NCBI GenBank assembly: GCA_043228905.1 | Contig: JBHGNT010000001.1 | Span: forward strand, 14,942,001-15,006,000 | DNA: 64,000 nucleotides | Source of the DNA: Azolla caroliniana | Lineage: Eukaryota > Plantae > Polypodiophyta | Direction: 5' to 3' | Shown: positions 23,712-36,370 of the stretch, piece after piece | How positions within the stretch are numbered: position 1 is the first letter of the stretch | Layout of the letters: every line of letters begins with the position of its first letter | The notes under the pieces: model-generated | What the model was told of the DNA's origin: nothing | The model's database searches: none | Seen by the model: the letters and a program-made list of their open reading frames with translations, nothing else | Translations under genes and position numbers: made by a program

Positions 23712-26107
23712 TGTGGGTCTCACCACTGAAGACAAAGGACCAAGTATTATCCGTCTTCAAGGAATTCCACGCGAGAGTGGAAAGAGAAATCAGTAGGATT
23801 CTAAAAGAAATCAAATCGAGGAGTACTGCCGGTCGATGGGAATCCGACTCGAATTCACCGTGCCGAAGATACCAGAGCTGAACGGATTGGCTGAAAGGAT
23901 GAATCGAACTGTGATGGAGAGAGTCCAGAGCATGCTGGTACATGCTAGGTTATCCAAGAAGTTTTGGGCTGAGGCGCTGATGATGGAGACGTATGTGATA
24001 ATTAGATCACCCTCCACACCCTTGGACCGAAACATACCGCAGAGAGTATGAACCAGTAAAGACGTGTCTTACTGGCATCTGAAGGTGTTTGATTGTCTCG
24101 CCTACGTGCATGTAGCAAAGGAAAAGACCATGCATATTCCTTGGATACGGGGCTCTTGAGTTCGATTACCGGGTGTGGGACTTGGTCGACAATAAAGTCT
24201 TCCGGAGTCGAGACATAGACTTCATGGAAGTCAAGACCATTGCTGTCTGGGAGAAAGAGAAGAAGATAGTGGACTTCGGGTCGACCGATAGAAATCGGGT
24301 GGAAGAGGCAATGATACATCCGGTCGAAAGTCGGTTGTCACCGTTGGATTTAGACAAAGAACTGAACCGATTGAAGAAGAATCGGACAATGGAACTGGAC
24401 AAGACCTCGAATCGGATTTAGATGAAGAATAGATGGAGGAGCCAATGTTTGAAAACCAAGGACGGAGATATCCTCTTAGAGAGAAAAAGCCCCCCCGGAG
24501 ATTTTTGGATGCATAATATGTTTTATTGACCAACGAGGGGGAGCCGAAAAGCTTCGAGGAAGCAAAGAAAGACACCCATAACCACAAGTGGTTAAGTACC
24601 ATGCAGGATGAGATGGATTCCCTACATGAGAACCACACATATGAATTGACGGAGCTGCCGAAAGGAAAGAGAGCGCTCCGGAACAAGTGGGTGTAGAAGT
24701 GAAACCGGGAGATGTCGGAAATCCACCAGGGTATAAGGCCCACATTGTGGTGAAGGGCTTCCAACAGAAGAAAGGAGTGAATTTCGATGAGATCTTTGCC
24801 CCGGTAGTAAAGATGACATCCATCCCGATTGTGTTGAGCATTGCGGCAAGCATGAACCTCGAGGTCGAGCAGCTAGACGTCAAGACGACATTCCTGCACG
24901 GTGACCTCGAAGAAGAGACCTACATGCAACAACCGGAGGGATTTCTCAATAAAGGAAAGGTGCACCTGGTGTGCCGGTTGAAGAAGAGCTTATACGAACT
25001 GAAGCAAGCTCCCCGATAATGGTACCGGAGGTTTGACTCCTTCATGACCGACCAATGATACCACAAGACGTAGGCCAACCACTGCATATTTGTGAGGAAG
25101 TTCGACGGAGAAGACTTCTTGATACTACTATTGTATGTGGAAGACATGTTGATCGTCAGACGGGACCGTATCAAATCAGAATGTTGAAGAAGGCCTTGAG
25201 CCGGTCATTTGAAGTGAAAGATATGGGTTAAGCGAGACAAAATTTGGGGATGCATATAATCCGGGACCGGTCGAAGAAGCAATTGTGGCTGTCACAAGAA
25301 AAGTAAATGACAAAGGTGCTTCAAAGGTTTAGCATGTTGGATGCGAAGCCGATTGGGTCGATACTTCCGGAAAACTGCAAGTTGTCTGGGAAACAAAACC
25401 CGAAGACAAAGACGGAGAAGTAAGAGATGATGAAGATACCATATTCCTCTGCCATCAGAAGCTTAATGTACGTAATGGTGTGTACCTCGCTAGATATCGG
25501 ATACGCTGTCGGAGTAGTCAGCTGGTTTATGAGCAATCCAGGAAAGGTGCATTGGGTTGCCGTCAAGTGGATACTCTGATACTTGAAAGGCACCTCGAGC
25601 ATGTGCCTCTTATTTGGGTCTGGTTAATCCCCATTGGAAGGCTTCACAGATTTGGACATGTTGGTTGATGTGGATACCAGCCATTCCACCTCCGGATACA
25701 TCATGACCTATGCAAGGGGAGTCGTACAGTGTCAGTCGAGGCTACAGAAGTCTGTTGCAATGTCGACAATGGAAGTAGAGTATATGGCAGCCGTGGAAGC
25801 CAGCAAAGAGGTAATCTGGATGAAGGACTTCATTAGAGATCTAGGGATCCGGCTAGAGGAATTCCAACTCTACTGCGACAGTCAAAGTTCCATCCACCTC
25901 ACAAAGAACGCGGCCTACTGTTCCCAGACCAAGCACATCTAGAGGAGATACCACTGGCTTCGGGAGAAAGTAGAAGACAAAGAGTTTTCGTTGACGAAGA
26001 TCCACATGCAGAACAGGTCAGACATGCTGGCCAAGGTGCTGGCTACCGATAAGCTGGATGCATGTTGGAAACAGATTGGATTGACAAGACATCCCATGCC
26101 AGAGTGA
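23712..26107 (+). pseudogene. copia A integrase-RT-RNase H, degenerate
   Basis: Contains LWVSPLKTKDQV, PELNGLAERMNRT, QLDVKTTFLHG, LLYVEDML and YCDSQSSIHL. Confidence 0.9.
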
Positions 26108-26117
26108 AGGGGGAATT

Positions 26118-26647
26118 TGTTGGGAATTCGGTTCCTCCGGATGGGATCCAAATGAGAACCGGATGAGCCAGATCGGATGAGTCGAAGGAAGGAACCATAC
26201 CGGATGGTATTTTGAAACTGGATCAGATAAATCCGACTGGATCCAGTGGTGAACAAGAGAAGAGACATATTTGTAAATATGCTCCTATGTGCCGTTGAGG
26301 CCATACTTGTAAATAGCCTGAAAAGTTATATGAGTATAAATACAACTTAGGTCAAACATGTTGTTGTGTGGTTCATATAGTGAAATTGTATAGAGACAGA
26401 GAGAGTGAGAGAGAGAAAAAATCTTTATTGTTGTAACCGTTAGTTGTCGAAGATTCAGAGCTCAAGGTCGTTGCCTCTAAGTCTATTATGTTGTACCCTT
26501 CTCTTATAGTGATAGTTGGAGTCTGTGGGCTCCCGTGGTTTTCTCCCTATTATGGTTTTCCACGTTAACATCCAGTGTCATCTTATTTCTATTTTTTCTG
26601 TTTTCTTTCTTCCATTGATTGATTAAGGCCGAGCACTATTCCGCACA
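26118..26647 (+). repeat. 3' LTR of copia A
   Basis: TG...CA ends, follows PPT GAGTGAAGGGGGAA and matches 248-766. Confidence 0.92.
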
Positions 26648-27229
26648 CAATTGTCATTCTTTGATCTACCAATGATCTATGAATCTCTAATAATTCTTAA
26701 TTTATGTGACAATTTAGCTAATGCTTATATGTAGTCCACGTGAAAGATGTGTATCCATGGGGCTACAGCTAGTAATGAACATGTTGGGAGATAGTATGAA
26801 TGCAATGTCCTCATACCATAGGTAGAAGACAATTGTGATTATGGATTGTTATTGATTCGAGTCTTGAAAAAATAATGTAGTTAAAGGTAAGAGGACAAGT
26901 AACATTTTTATAGGTAGATGCATTAAATCAAATTAGTTAAAAACAACGTGAAACTTAACTCTTACTTCTTTTGTTAAGGAACCTTAGAGAACCTTGTGAA
27001 AAGGTGACTTTGTAAAGCTTTGATTTGACTAATTGGCTAATAACAATCTTATTAACATTGCCAAATCAATGGAATACTATTATTTCTCTAAGGACCTTCA
27101 TGAAAAGTGAACTTTTAAAACCATATCACTAGTATAACCAAATTTGTTTCGAACCATTGGTACTTCCAATGCACCTTTTTAAAAGAGGCATTAGACTATC
27201 CATAATATAGTGCATAAGAGTTTTGAGAA

Positions 27230-29129
27230 TGATTAAAGTTATAGCCAAATTGCTAGCCAACCCCAACAACTACTTAGCCCAACAACGAGAACTTGGCCTT
27301 TATAAAGAGGAACCTTCTCCTCATGTAAAATAAACGATCTTTGTGTTTTCTCTCTCCTGTTCTGACATATATGTATATTCTTTAGAATAAATGTCTTTTC
27401 TCATTTTTCAATATGTATCAGAGCATAGATCCGTCCCTCTTCTAGTGCAACAGATATCGGAAAAACACTTTCCTAGCATCCAAGAGAGGAAAGGGAGGCT
27501 TCTCCTTTTAGGATGATAGTGCTATGTGAATGAGAGGTGACTTGAGAAAAGAAGTCGGAAGAGGAGAGAAGAGATAGTCTAGGTTGAGAAGATGGATGAG
27601 GTGTTGTCAAAATTGAACGAGGATGAGGTGAAAACATTCGTGAAATACATGAAGTAGGCAAAGATTGTAGCATTTGCAGGTGTGACGGGAACACAACCAC
27701 CACCTTGACTTCCAGGAGTATGATCGGCATCGATGGTGTGAAATTCAAGTGGAAGTGAAAATAAAAAATGCTACAATTGTGGTGAAGCTGGTCACTTAAA
27801 GAAAACTTGACCTAAACCAACTAAGGAGAGAGAATATGGAGGACATGGACAAAGGTCGCGGTCGTGGGGGCCAAAGAGGTGGAAGAGGAGGTCACTAGGC
27901 AAACCTGATGGTAGCACAAGAAGGGGAAGGAGTTAAGGCGGTGTTCACTGATGAGGATCAAGCTCTCTTTGAAATACTTAGGGGGAAGCAAAGAGCAATA
28001 TACGATACTTCATTCATGCCAAGGGATAATGCTGCTAGCTATGCTTATTTGGTACTAGTAACACACATACTGTTGCCTCTACACCAAAATGGATAATTGA
28101 TTCTGGTGCATCTAGGCATGTGATGATCAATGCTAGCAAGTTATCCTCATATACTCACTTAGCAATGCCAGAGAGTTTTCAAACTGCTAATGGTACAACA
28201 CAACCTATAGTTGAGATAGGTATAGTGAAATGTATCAACTCTGTGACATTGTCTAATGTGTTGCATGCTCCTTCTTTCCCCGTAAACCTATTATCCATAA
28301 GTTCTATCACACTCCAACTAGAATTATGTGTTGTTTCTTTTGATATTCCCAAGGTGACATTCTAGGATAATGGGATAGGTCAGAGACTTGGGACTGGCAA
28401 TGGCATAGTGGACTATGGTATTTGGATTGTGAAAGGTTGGATTTAGCATTAGCATTTATGGTAGAGGGAACAAATGTAAGGGGATCAAAAATGAGTTGTG
28501 AGGATTTGTTGATGCTTTACCACCAATGTATGGGACATGCCTCTTACGGGGTTTTGAGCCAGGTGTATCCACACCTTTTTGAAAAGGCTAGTAAATTGAA
28601 ACTTGTTTGTGATGCATGTGAATTTGGTAAGCTTACTAAAAGCTCGTATGTTAGTTCAACTCATAGGAGTTCCCATGTGTTTGATGTAATACACTCCAAT
28701 GTTTGGGGATCATGTTCCACAAGTTCTATTAATGGATGTAGATAGGTTGTCTCTTTCATTGACTGCTTCCCTCATGTTACTTGGTTATATTTGATGAAAA
28801 ATAAGAATGAAGTATTTCCCTGCTTTAAAGATTTTCATAGAGCTGTTCAAACTCAATATGGTGCAATAGTAAAGGTGTTGAGGTTTCATAATAGAACAGA
28901 GTATGTTAACATTACGTTTAGGGCATACTTGTCAGACCAAGGCATACAACATCAAACTACATGCCCATATACACCAACACAAATGGAGTAGTGGAGAGGA
29001 AGAAGAAACATATTCTAGGGTTAACAAGAAGCATGTTGATTTCGATGAATTTCCCAAAGTAGTTGTAGGGACATGCAATTTTGATGGTTGTTGCATTGAT
29101 AAATTGAATGCCCTCTAGAGTATTGGAGT
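27230..29129 (+). mobile_element. old truncated copia E (short LTR remnant, gag knuckle, protease, integrase)
   Basis: Degenerate PBS TGTATCAGAGC at 27414-27424, plus CYNCGEAGH, WIIDSGASRH, CDACEFGK and VIHSNVWG. The left boundary is approximate. Confidence 0.75.
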
Positions 29130-29224
29130 TGTTGGAGACAAGCCCATCAAAGACGGAAACAGAAACAATATTATTATGTAAATAACATCAAGATCAATAT
29201 ACATAAAAGATATGAACAGAAGAT

Positions 29225-30786
29225 TGTTGAGAGACAAGCTCAACATCGGCCGGATCAGCTGAGCAAGCCGAGGACCGGATCGGTTGGGACCGATCGGTTA
29301 GGCCGGATCGGTTGGAAACCGGTACGCAGACCGGTGCATAGGAAGGCTGGATCGGTGCGGAAACCGGGAGGCCATCGGAAAGATATTCCGCAAGGAATAT
29401 ATTTGGGAGTTAGTGTAGGGGCTCCTCAATGAGCATTGAAGTACTGTTAGTCCTTCTATCAGTCCGAAAAGGACTTGTATAAAAGTGTTCATTGAACACA
29501 CATGATGTACAGATCGAGTATTATTTTTGAATTAAGTTCTTGTGTTTACTCTCTCTTTGTCTCTCCCGTGCATACTATGCAAACCTAAGCTTTCCATTAA
29601 ACCTACGTTTTCTGTTGTTCGGTTTCCTATATTGCTTCCGCACGCCATTCTTTTCATGGTATCAAAGCACGAGGGTTGAGAGCCTCTGCAGTCGACTTTG
29701 CTTGAAGGAAAAACCAACAAAGAAGAACAAGAAAATCTATGGACAGAGGAATGGCTAGCTCGCTTCCGACGGAGAAGCTCAACAGAACCAACTACGCATC
29801 TTGGTCCTACAAGATGCACCAGTACCTGCTCGGACACGGTTACTGGAGCTATGTCGATGGAGCAAATGACACAACACCCGATTCGACACACAAAGACTTC
29901 CCGGTGTGGGAACAATCGGTGAGCAGAGTGTTGTACTGTTTCGCGTCTTGTGTGGGCGAACAACTATTAAGCTACGTTCGGGATCCAAAAACGCTGAAGG
30001 GTGCATGGGAAAATCTGAAGAAGATCTTCGCCGCAAGCACCACAGCCAGGAAGCTTTAGCTCCGACAGGAGTTGAGCAACCTACGACAACGCGATTTGTC
30101 GGTGCTTGACTATACCTCGAAGATCAAGGACATATGGGACTCCTTAGCTTCCATTGATGTGAACATCAAGGAAAGTGAGATGGTCCAGGTCTATCTCGGG
30201 GGTTTGGTGTCAAAGTTCAGAGCGTTCCGAACTGTTGTGTGTACACGGGAGAATACGTCGTCGTTTTTTGACTTATAGTCGATGCTCCTTATAGAGGAGA
30301 ACCACGCGGGTGCGTTGACAAGCACGCGTGCCGACAACAAGATGTTCTACAAGGAGGGAGAGAGGCCCCGTGGTCGTGACGGACATGGCGAGTCGTTACG
30401 CAATGGAGGCGGCCGACGGGATCAAGGAAGAAGGCACCGAAGTGATGCCGACAACAATTCCGGACCCTCCGGAAACAGGGGGAGTCAAGGCGATGAGAAC
30501 CGGTTAGGAAAATCCGCCGCGGAATGTTGGTACTATGGCAAGAAATGCCACAGGGAGGACGAGTACTGGAAAAAGCGCACCGATCCGGAAAGAACCGGGT
30601 CCGGAACAGGTTCCGGACAGACTCACAAAGGAAATAGGCAACGATCGCACTATGCTGAAGTATCCGGAGAAGCCGAAAAAGGGTCTGTCTTTGTGACGAG
30701 ACACGAAGCAAACTCAATGAAGAAGATCACCCCAAAGTCGGAGGAGGTGTGGTACGTCGACTCCGGTGCGTCAAACAACATGACGT
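29225..30786 (+). mobile_element. copia family 2 copy, 5' LTR plus gag, truncated in the protease
   Basis: LTR 29225-29656, PBS 29657-29668 and gag MDRGMASSLPTEK...WYVDSGAS. Confidence 0.9.
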
Positions 30787-31340
30787 TGTCGTGAAGAAAA
30801 CCGTCCCTTAGCGCAATCAGTGCATAGCGCACGTGAACCGGCTCTTCACGCGTGCGCGCCCTTTAATATATATAATAGGGAATTAGGTACATAGGCATAT
30901 CTGGGGTAGTTAGATTCGGTAGGTAGGAAGTAAATGAGGGAGACGGCTCCCTTGCTGAAGCTATAAAAGAGAGGGAGACGCAAGGGAGAAGGGATTGCGC
31001 ATTGAGGAGGACGAAGTGCTGTCGAACCGGAACTGAACGCTTCTCCTCTGTTCATTCTCCATCGCTCTTTTCTGCAGGTTTTCGGGAGGCTCGCGCTGCT
31101 TCAAGGAACGCCCGTGTGCTTCTGGCAGCACCTCCATCCTCTCCCCTTTCGTGCGCAGACGAACAGGCATCGACATCTGTTCGCCGGCCTGTTCGGTTGT
31201 AACCGCTCGCGTGCTCTGTTGTTTTGTGTCATTTTATAATATACAAACATTCGTGTCTCTCTGTCTCTGTGTCCATTCGTGTTTTCTGCGTTGACGGGCC
31301 GTGTCCTTGTGTTTCTTGCTCATACGTTACCGGTCGTCAA
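30787..31340 (+). repeat. LTR of the C/D gypsy lineage (3' end not recognisable)
   Basis: Starts TGTCGTGAAGAAAACCG and shares blocks with the D LTR (GAACCGGCTCTT, GAGGACGAAGTGCTG, GTTGTAACCG); preceded by ACGT. Confidence 0.75.
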
Positions 31341-31514
31341 TATAGATTATACAATGAGATGATAAAATGAATCGACAATTTCCCCTAAGTTGCCGAATCG
31401 GCATGGGCCAAATGACTAAAACCGAATCGTCTAGTCAGTTGTGCCAAATGTTGAATGACCGAAGCCGATTGTCCGTAGTCATCTCTTTGTCCTAGTTGAT
31501 TGAGCCCAACCCGT

Positions 31515-32430
31515 ATTTTTGGAGTCTACTAGATCGAGCTAGCAATCCATTCGGGCCTTTATTCCTATTCTTAGTAATAGGAATATTTAGGTTGTGTCTT
31601 GTGTACAAGCTTCCGCAACTAATTCTTTTTATGGTATCAAAGCACAAGGGTTGTGAATCCTCTACATTTGACAAGTGCTTCAGCATAGACAAGCTTTTGA
31701 ATCTCCGAACAAGACTGATAGGAACATGGATATAGGAATGGGTAGTTGCTTCCAATAGAAAAGCTTGATAGGAGCAACTACGTATTTTGGTCTTACAAGA
31801 TGCACTAGTACCTATTCAGTCATGGGTTACACTGGAGCTATGTCGAAGGGGCTAACGATGTCGCACCGGATTCGACATACAAAGATTTCTTAGCATGAGA
31901 ACAAGCAGCAAGCTTAGTCCTGTACTGCTTCACATCCTGTGTGAATGACCAACTACTCGGATATATGCGGGACTCCAAGATGCCAAAGGATGCTTGGGTG
32001 AATCTAAATAGGATTTTCGCAGCAAGCACGATGACTAGAAAGTTGCGGCTTAGATAAGAGCTGAGGAATGTTCAACAAAGAGACATGTCGGTGGCTGATT
32101 ATACCTCCGAAATCAAGGAGATCGGCGACTCCCTCACTCCATCAATATAACAGGCGAAGAAGATGAAATGGTGCAGGTCTACCTTAGAGGTTAGGTGTAG
32201 AAGTTCGGATCATTCCAAATGACGGTCTACACGGGGGAGAATAGTGTTGTCCTTCTTTGCATTGCAATCCAGGCTTCTCGTCGAAGAGAACCAAACGAGT
32301 GCATCAACAAGCATGTCGACAACAAGATGCTCTACATGGAGGCGGATCGGCCTAGTGGTCGTGGAGGACACAATGGTTTAGCACACAATAGAGGCAACCG
32401 ACAAGAGTAAAACTACAGGCACAAAGGTCT
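31515..32430 (+). mobile_element. older degenerate copia family 2 relative (LTR end, PBS, gag fragment)
   Basis: PBS TGGTATCAAAGC at 31632-31643 and decayed gag (YKMH*YL.SHGYWSYVEG). Boundaries are approximate. Confidence 0.75.
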
Positions 32431-35004
32431 TGGCATAAAAGGCATACTCCTTCCACTTTGCATCCTTACTAGTGTGAATATGTCCAATAGTTAGGGCTTG
32501 AGTATATAAGCCCTAACCTAACGTTGTAATACGTGCTACGAGATCATATTGTATCTTGAGTCTAATAGAATGAGAGAAAACAGAGAATAATGAGAATCAC
32601 CATTGAAGCTTAACTTCTGTTCTATCTACTCTTCTTGTTACATGTTTGTGTATGTTGTTTGTTGTGCATAACCAATAGGTCCTCATACATACTTCCGCAC
32701 ATATTTGAACACCAAATCTCACAAGTGGTATTAGAGCGAACCTACTGCTCGGCACCAATGAAATAACAAAGGAATTGAAGGAAAAGAACAGGTTAGTGAA
32801 AAATATCATTTTCAAAACAGAATATGGCTTCAATATCTGGTATAGGAGATGAAATCCAAAAGTTCGATGGCTAAAACTTTGCCCTATCGAAGAAGATGAT
32901 GTAGGATGTGCTGATCATCAGAAGACAAGCCGAAGCTATTCAATACAATGAAAAATCTGCTATGATGTCAGTCTAAGAGTGGAGATCATTATATGAAATT
33001 GTGCACTGCACCATCCGAATGCATCTGGTTGAGAATGTCTACTTCAATATGGCCAAGGATACGATAGCCTTCTCGATATGGGAGAAATTGCAAGTAGTTT
33101 ACGAAAACAAGTCCTCCTCGTCGAAACTCATATTGATTCGACAACTATTCAATATGAAGATGAGAGAGTCGGATATTGTGACCTCCAGTCAGGTGTTGTC
33201 TGAACTCTCCTCCCAAGGGATTAACTTCGAAGAAGAAGTGAAAGCCCTTTCCCTCTTGTCAAGCTTGCCGACGAGTTGGGAGGTATTCTGCACGACATTC
33301 GCCAACAACCGTTTGATCCTAAATCTAGATGAGATGATCGGCCAAGTCCTCAACGAGGATATTCGGCGAAAATCGATGGGACTCACCATCGACAAGTCCG
33401 CAGAAGACCACCATTCAATCGAGTCAATCGACCGATTCAGTCAATGAAGAGAACAAGCCAATAGAACCGGTCGGAATACCAATCGGTCAAGGATGAGGGG
33501 AGACCGACAATGGTCAAAGTCGAGAAATAGGTGACCGGGTGACTTCTACACCCATTGTAGAAAAGCCAGTCACAATGTTTCCGACTGCTAGTCGATCAAG
33601 AGAAAAGAGAGTGGCTGGCGATCCGAGTGGAATCGAGAACGATCCGACTTGAACCACTCTCCACTCGGCAACCAAGTCATTGTTGCCGACATCTAATCAG
33701 GAGAAATTCTCTCCTTAGAGAACTCGATGATCGGAGAAGTCCTCTACAGTGCGCACGATGCACACACATGGTTACCAATGCAACATTTCACGTGACCCCC
33801 AACATCAAATGGTTCTCGAACTATTCGGCTGGCGCCAACGGCACAATACGACTAGGCAATGGGAAGGAATGTAGAATCGCAGGAATTGGCGAAGTACCAA
33901 TTCAACTGTCAAATGGCAATATAATTGTCCTGCACCAAGTCCGACATGTACTCTGAAAAGGAGTCTGGTCTCCATCGATCGGCATGTTAGTGTTAATGGG
34001 TTGGGGCATGAGATCATGAATGACTCCACCCCCCTCCCAAGGGGTTATGTGTGAGGGAGAGAGACAGAAAGAGAAACAAAGAATGACACACACCAAAATG
34101 AGAGGGAAAAGTTATATTTCATTACATGCCCCATAAGGGGTTTTTATAGTACATAATGTAATGGTCATATAATATGACCGTTACATACATGCACATAAAT
34201 GTGCATGTGTTCATACACATATTCATCCCCACACACTCATATACATTACAAATATGCAACCACCACATTATTATGTTCCACCCCTTATGCCTCCCTGTTA
34301 CGGGCATGACCATTTAATATCCCGTGGTGAGAATTTACCGTAGTATTCTATACACGTGGATAAGTGTGAGGGTTAAACGAGAGTGTAAAGAAGGGGAGGA
34401 TGACTTTTAATCCTCGGGATTGAGACAACCCATTAGGTCAAGTGTGAACTTGCCTGGGGGCCTTGGGTATCACTATAAATAAGAGGCCTAGCTACCCTCA
34501 TTTGATCATCTTTTGACTACATCGAGACTTTGCTCTTGTGGTGGGTCAACTCTTGTAGCGAGCGCGCCAGCACCAGGTACAACTCGACGCCACGACGGTG
34601 GTATGGGACGCCGATCAAGGCTCGAGTCCGTCTCGATCCCTTCGCTTGGGGGTGGTCAGGTGGATCGACACCCTTCTTTCTCTTTCTCCTTTCTATGTAT
34701 CATTAGTTTATCCTTATCTGAAGCTTACTTTAGTACCTAGATCTCTAATATTTGGTATCAGAGCTATGTACTAATGTTTCTTTGTTTGTCTTTTGTCTTT
34801 TGTCTTTTGATTGATGGTGATCGATCGATGTGCGGTCGGCCTTGATCCAGACAACGATCAACAAAGAACTTCGGTAACTCTTTCCGTAATTTTTTTTCTA
34901 TTCTCTCTTCTCCCATCTAATCATGTGTTTAGTTTATATGTCATTTTTTTTCATTAAGTCAATGATGTTGTAGTGGTCTTTAATTGATTATCTAAAACGT
35001 TTAC

Positions 35005-35270
35005 ATATGTGCACGAGGTCAATACCTTGTTTGACATATAAATAATATGTGATGAGTGTCGTATGCGTACGAGGTTAATACCTCAATTACGTATTACGTT
35101 CACGAACATATGTTACGTTTGCGTATGAGTTTAATACCTTGATTTGTTGTAAAGGCTATGCGTTTGGTCTCGTATGCGTAAGAGGTCAATACCTCAATTG
35201 CGTATTACGATGATCTCTTATTTGTGGATGTTTCGTGTGCGTAGAGGTATATACCTCGATTACTTATCTC
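35005..35270 (+). repeat. array of five GAGGT-N4-ACCTY hairpin motifs in the H leader
   Basis: Cores start at 35015, 35071, 35127, 35182 and 35244 (period 55-62 nt). Confidence 0.8.
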
Positions 35271-36370
35271 GATCACATCATTTGTGGCTATTTAATATAA
35301 CGATATGTTTAATATAGGCATATGTGGTCACGTATATACGTATTTGATCGTATATATGTGATAAGTAAACATATGTGTATATTCGTTATTACGTGATTAT
35401 ATCGAAAGTTGTCCTTGTTGGGAAAAGGATGTTGGTGGCTGTCCTCACATTTTTGTGAGAATGGCGTTGTCACCATCCCTTTTTCAGCAATTTTTTATTG
35501 TTGACAACCCCGTTGATGACCTCGATTTCGTTACGTAAAGAAACGCCTATAGTCATAATGATGTTGAGTACGTAGGGCTTGACCCACTTCAAGTGAGGTC
35601 GCTCCTATGACACACGTATCCAACATCCCTCCCTCATTACATGGATACGATGCCACCATGAGCTCGTTCTTACGAGAGGCATTCGTAATGACGTGACCAT
35701 GTGATGGGCCACGTGGGCCTACTACGAAACGAGGGCTCATTTGGGTTGACCATTAGGTTGCACTTTGGCGTATGCCATCGTAATTACGAGACTTGAGGTT
35801 AGGTAACGTACCAACATAGTTTTGGTAAATGAGGGCGAAATAAGGACCCTTGACATATATGTTCTTTTAAAAAAAACATATATGATCAAATGCCTCGCAT
35901 ATCTCTTATACGTATCAAACATTAAGCATTCGAGAAGAGCAACTTACTTGGTTGGCTCAAGTGTTTAATGTATTTGTTCTCGAGGTCTTGAGTTCAAATA
36001 TGACCAAGACCATACAACATCGTTGTTACATATGACTATGTGGGCAAAGAAAAATAGTTTATTGTGAACATTTTTTTCGTGTATAAACTACTCATGACGC
36101 GAACATACATGGTTGAGCCTCGGGGACCCGCCATGAAAAAATCGATATAGAGATCAGGGAAAGACATTAAATTGTCACCCCCATGGTTTTTAAAACACCT
36201 TTGTGTTACCATAGTAACCTGATCTTGAACCTCATCTCATACGTCTAGAGGGGTATTGATGTGAGATCATGATATCGATTAATGTTTGCCCATGATATGT
36301 TTACATCACGACATGATGTTATGACTATCTCTCTGACCTTATCCTATTTCTTTTCTAGAAATAATCTTTA

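Larger units (their letters stand above)
248..26647 (+). mobile_element. Ty1/copia LTR retrotransposon A (Tork/Tnt1-like), degenerate; outer host of nest 1
   Basis: Paired LTRs 248-766 and 26118-26647, iMet PBS 770-781 and PPT about 26102-26115. Gag, CCHC knuckle, protease, integrase, RT and RNase H fragments lie in copia order. Confidence 0.92.
29130..31510 (-). mobile_element. possible minus-strand copia 3' LTR and end remnant (29130-29224 and about 31341-31510), split by later insertions
   Basis: TG start at 29130; ...TCGACA at 31377 is followed by a reverse PPT ATTTCCCCTAAG. Confidence 0.35.

Noticed and set aside
26664-27230. AT-rich flank (with 1-235) as a possible host gene
   Set aside because: No ORF or recognisable motif was found, so it is left unassigned.
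35005-35270. Repeat-spacer pattern resembling a CRISPR array
   Set aside because: The repeats are short and degenerate, there are no cas genes, and the array lies in a eukaryotic retrotransposon leader. It is kept only as an RNA hairpin array.
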